DNA from: a virus
Taxonomy: Duplodnaviria; Caudoviricetes
Strand: one strand, 5' to 3'
Virus record (IMG/VR): IMGVR_UViG_3300029169_000024
Location: 1 to 28,824 of that record
DNA length: 28,824 nucleotides
A program made the position numbers and the translations under genes. Positions within the stretch are counted from its first letter, which is position 1. Every line of letters starts with the position of its first letter. Shown here in pieces: positions 26,317-28,824 of the stretch. The notes below the pieces were generated by a model. The model was given only the letters and a program-made list of their open reading frames with translations, made no database searches and was not told where the DNA came from.

Positions 26317-26925
26317 TTAATCCTTTCTATACTTTTCCTTAAGTATTTCCTTTGCTTCTTCAAAACTATGTCCCGAACTAACTAGTTGATGTAGTTCAGT
26401 ATGTACTTTTTTAGAAAGAGTTATGCCGTTGGTCACATCGAATGCATATTCAGGATTCATATTTTCAGCCTTATGCATTATATGGTGAGCTTCTAGTTCG
26501 TCAGAAAGTCCCGATATCGTACATTTATAACCATCTCTATGCAGAACTTCTTCTCTCCATTCTTTATATTGAGTTTGACTAGTCACCCAATTAGAAAATG
26601 TACTAATAGACTCTCCCTTTTTCCATGAAGGGTGTTTCGATCCTTTAAAATATGCAAACTTGCACAATTCAGAACAAAAACTATTTTTAGTTCTATCTAC
26701 TTTACTTTTAGATCTTCTAAAGAATGCACTACAGTTTGTACACATACATGTTATTCCTGTAACTTCAATTCCGTTACGAGGAAACTGATGATTATACATC
26801 TTAGCTAATTTTCTTATATATGGACGACTAAGTCCAGTAAGTCTTTCAATTTCTCTTTGAGAAATTCCATTCATCATTAATTCATATGCTTCTTGTTTTT
26901 CAGGCTCAGATACTATTCTAGGCAT
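26317..26925 (-). CDS. HNH endonuclease with N-terminal HTH and Cys4 zinc finger
   Basis: GISQREIERLTGLSRPYIRK (HTH); CTNC...FCSELC; HPSWKKG; RDGYKC...LEAHHI...NGITLSKKVHTELH. Confidence 0.85.
   Translation of the reverse strand: MPRIVSEPEKQEAYELMMNGISQREIERLTGLSRPYIRKLAKMYNHQFPRNGIEVTGITCMCTNCSAFFRRSKSKVDRTKNSFCSELCKFAYFKGSKHPSWKKGESISTFSNWVTSQTQYKEWREEVLHRDGYKCTISGLSDELEAHHIMHKAENMNPEYAFDVTNGITLSKKVHTELHQLVSSGHSFEEAKEILKEKYRKD
26405..26424. repeat. 20-bp direct repeat, copy 2 (copy 1 at 25038-25057)
   Basis: Identical 20-mer in the second HNH gene. Confidence 0.8.
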
Positions 26926-28213
26926 TGTTGTCTCCTAACATTTCGTTCACTAGTTCCCATTTACACTTATTGGTTTCAATATATCCTAGTATAACATTTT
27001 CAATTTGTTTGTTTAAAAAATCTTCATCTGACAAGATTATCCCTTTACATTTAAAGAACAATCCATTATCTATTATAATTCTACATGCATCTAAAGTGTC
27101 TCTGTCATCATCTAGATCATAAGCAAGTATTACATAATTATATTCATCTGTTATATTGACCGTATTTAATTTTTTTAAAGTATTAAAGTAATTTACTGTA
27201 TGATTGTCTTTACATGCATCTTTGAGCTTACTGGGTAAACTAAATTCTTCTGAAGCAATAACAGCTATTTTCTTTTTATGTGGAGAATTAATAATTTCAG
27301 TTATAAAATCAATAGAATTTACTTCACTAGAAACAGTATTTACATCAGCTATTTCTGAGTTCTCATCTAATAGAACACAATCTTTAGAACCATCAGGGAA
27401 CAAAGCGGGCTTACGCCATTTTTCTTTTTTACTATTCTTAGACTCTTTTAGTAGTTCAAGATACTTACCCTGATCTTCTTTAGTGGTTTTATCATTTAAG
27501 GCTTTAATCATATCAATAAAACTAATTCCACTCTTTTGTATTTGATCTATTCTATCTCTTCTTCTAGCATTAAGATTATCTAAAAGTTTATTACGAGACT
27601 CTTGATTTTTTCCATAATCATTAACCATTCCTTGAGATTGAGAAGATAATGTTCTAATTAATGTTAGTAATTCTCCATCTCTATCTTGAGCATCTTCATC
27701 AGATTCCATATCTTTAACTTTTCTTAATAGCTCAACTTCTTCTTGAATATCTAATATAGAGTCTTCAGTTATCTTTATATTTCTTAGAATTCTATTTCCT
27801 ATGATCTCAGCCTTAATTAGTTCATCTATTTGTCTTCGTTCAGTAGTTACAATATCTTCAAATTGTAAACATAGGGCGGCCCATTCTTCTAAATAGAAGT
27901 CTAATTCTTCTTTAGTAAACTGAAGTTTTAAATTTTCATAAAAAAGACTGTTCTGCAACTCTCGCTTAAAAAACTGCTTTCTATCTTTTTCGTTTAGTTT
28001 TCTATTAATAATTTTATTATCAGCTATATCAGATAAATCAATTTTCTTAATATTGCCAGCACCACCTTTGATGATTCCAGCTTTTACTCGATATTTTTTT
28101 ACTGTACGAACATCTCTACCTAAATGTTCAGATATTTGTCTATCTGACATATCAGCAGCATGTTGTATAATATATTGATATTCTTCATCGCTAATATTAG
28201 TATTTTTTGTCAT
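26918..28213 (-). CDS. HTH + coiled-coil protein with C-terminal degenerate receiver-like domain; candidate terminase small subunit
   Basis: MSDRQISEHLGRDVRTVKKYR (HTH), long helical middle, C-terminal beta-alpha repeats (KIAVIA...YVILAYDL...GIILSD). TerS role inferred from architecture and position only. Confidence 0.5.
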   Translation of the reverse strand: MTKNTNISDEEYQYIIQHAADMSDRQISEHLGRDVRTVKKYRVKAGIIKGGAGNIKKIDLSDIADNKIINRKLNEKDRKQFFKRELQNSLFYENLKLQFTKEELDFYLEEWAALCLQFEDIVTTERRQIDELIKAEIIGNRILRNIKITEDSILDIQEEVELLRKVKDMESDEDAQDRDGELLTLIRTLSSQSQGMVNDYGKNQESRNKLLDNLNARRRDRIDQIQKSGISFIDMIKALNDKTTKEDQGKYLELLKESKNSKKEKWRKPALFPDGSKDCVLLDENSEIADVNTVSSEVNSIDFITEIINSPHKKKIAVIASEEFSLPSKLKDACKDNHTVNYFNTLKKLNTVNITDEYNYVILAYDLDDDRDTLDACRIIIDNGLFFKCKGIILSDEDFLNKQIENVILGYIETNKCKWELVNEMLGDNNA

Positions 28214-28823
28214 CTTTACTGCTTATCGTTACCTGTATAAAACCACTTGGTTTATGATCAAACATATCTGAATCATAGGATATTAAAAGTTTTTTAAGTT
28301 CACTATATAGCCGTATCTTTCTTTGCTTAGAAACTTTATTTCCATTCATGATATTGACAAGGTCTTTATATAAACGAGGAACTAATCCACTTTCTGCAAG
28401 CTCGATTAGTTCTCTACCCATCGCATTGTTAATAATGCAACTTTCATTTTCGCGATCAATTTGCTCTTCCATGGCATTTAGAAGACTGTTTCTACTTTCA
28501 ACAGATAGTATATAATTTCGCCATTTGCTACACTTATGGCGATCATTACCATATTCTTTACAATCAGATGGACTATTGCCGGGATCGTAGAAAGGACACC
28601 TAGGACATGGTGGTCGTACAGATTTAGTAATATCTTTGAACTTATTGATCATCCTGTTCTTAACTAATACTCTTAAATAATTTTCTAAATTACCCTTAGA
28701 AATATCATAAGTATCAATTTTTTCTAAACAGATGACCCATATCTCATTTTTTAGATCTTCTTTATCTAAATACCCAAAGACCTTATTAGAGTGTTCATTG
28801 GCTATTTTTTCAATTAATTTAAA
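28197..28823 (-). CDS. Phage-encoded ECF-like sigma factor (5' end outside window)
   Basis: The tracked ORF (28197..28652) extends in frame to the window edge. The extension adds FKLIEKIANEHSNKVFGYLDKEDLKNEIWVICLEKIDTYDISKGNLENYLRVLVKNR before MINKFK, matching the sigma-70 region 2 pattern (D.EDL.QE......E....YD...G.F..YL.....NR.I...). Confidence 0.75.
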   Translation of the reverse strand, partial: FKLIEKIANEHSNKVFGYLDKEDLKNEIWVICLEKIDTYDISKGNLENYLRVLVKNRMINKFKDITKSVRPPCPRCPFYDPGNSPSDCKEYGNDRHKCSKWRNYILSVESRNSLLNAMEEQIDRENESCIINNAMGRELIELAESGLVPRLYKDLVNIMNGNKVSKQRKIRLYSELKKLLISYDSDMFDHKPSGFIQVTISSKDDKKY

Positions 28824-28824
28824 T

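Noticed and set aside
5354-27473. Remaining short plus-strand ORFs and the minus-strand 16712..16954 ORF
   Set aside because: Essentially all overlap well-supported minus-strand genes and show no protein-like motifs.
1-28824. Stop-codon reassignment
   Set aside because: The standard code yields full-length, tightly packed genes with no fragmentation.
1-28824. Impression that CTAG/TCTAGA is frequent
   Set aside because: Not quantified, and explicable by TCT/CTA/AGA codon use in AT-rich DNA. It would need a Markov-corrected k-mer test.

Overview
Dense, AT-rich segment of a large tailed phage (Caudoviricetes). No sheath gene lies in the tail module and the tape measure is very long, so the virion is most likely siphovirus-type. 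Every real gene is on the minus strand. Order in the direction of transcription (right to left): (1) 5'-truncated ECF-like sigma factor; HTH/coiled-coil protein with a degenerate receiver domain (TerS candidate); HNH; GDP-mannose 4,6-dehydratase; second HNH; HExxH protein; ERCC4 nuclease; TerL; portal. (2) Small acidic protein; prohead protease-scaffold fusion; decoration protein; major capsid protein. (3) Four-gene glycan-active cassette: fibre/adaptor, SGNH esterase, TIM-barrel glycoside hydrolase-like protein, beta-helix protein. (4) Head-tail adaptor; stopper; tail completion; terminator; tail tube; three chaperone-position genes; tape measure of at least 1603 aa running off the window. 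Main unexplained signals: the tape measure almost completely lacks W/C/M/Y/H; a recurring TGTATA intergenic motif occurs together with a sigma factor that appears to lack a full region 4; the tail tube domain is internally duplicated and there are two paralogous chaperones; the enzyme cassette sits beside the capsid gene; gmd is bracketed by paralogous HNH genes. All calls come from manual motif reading and gene order. No database searches were run.
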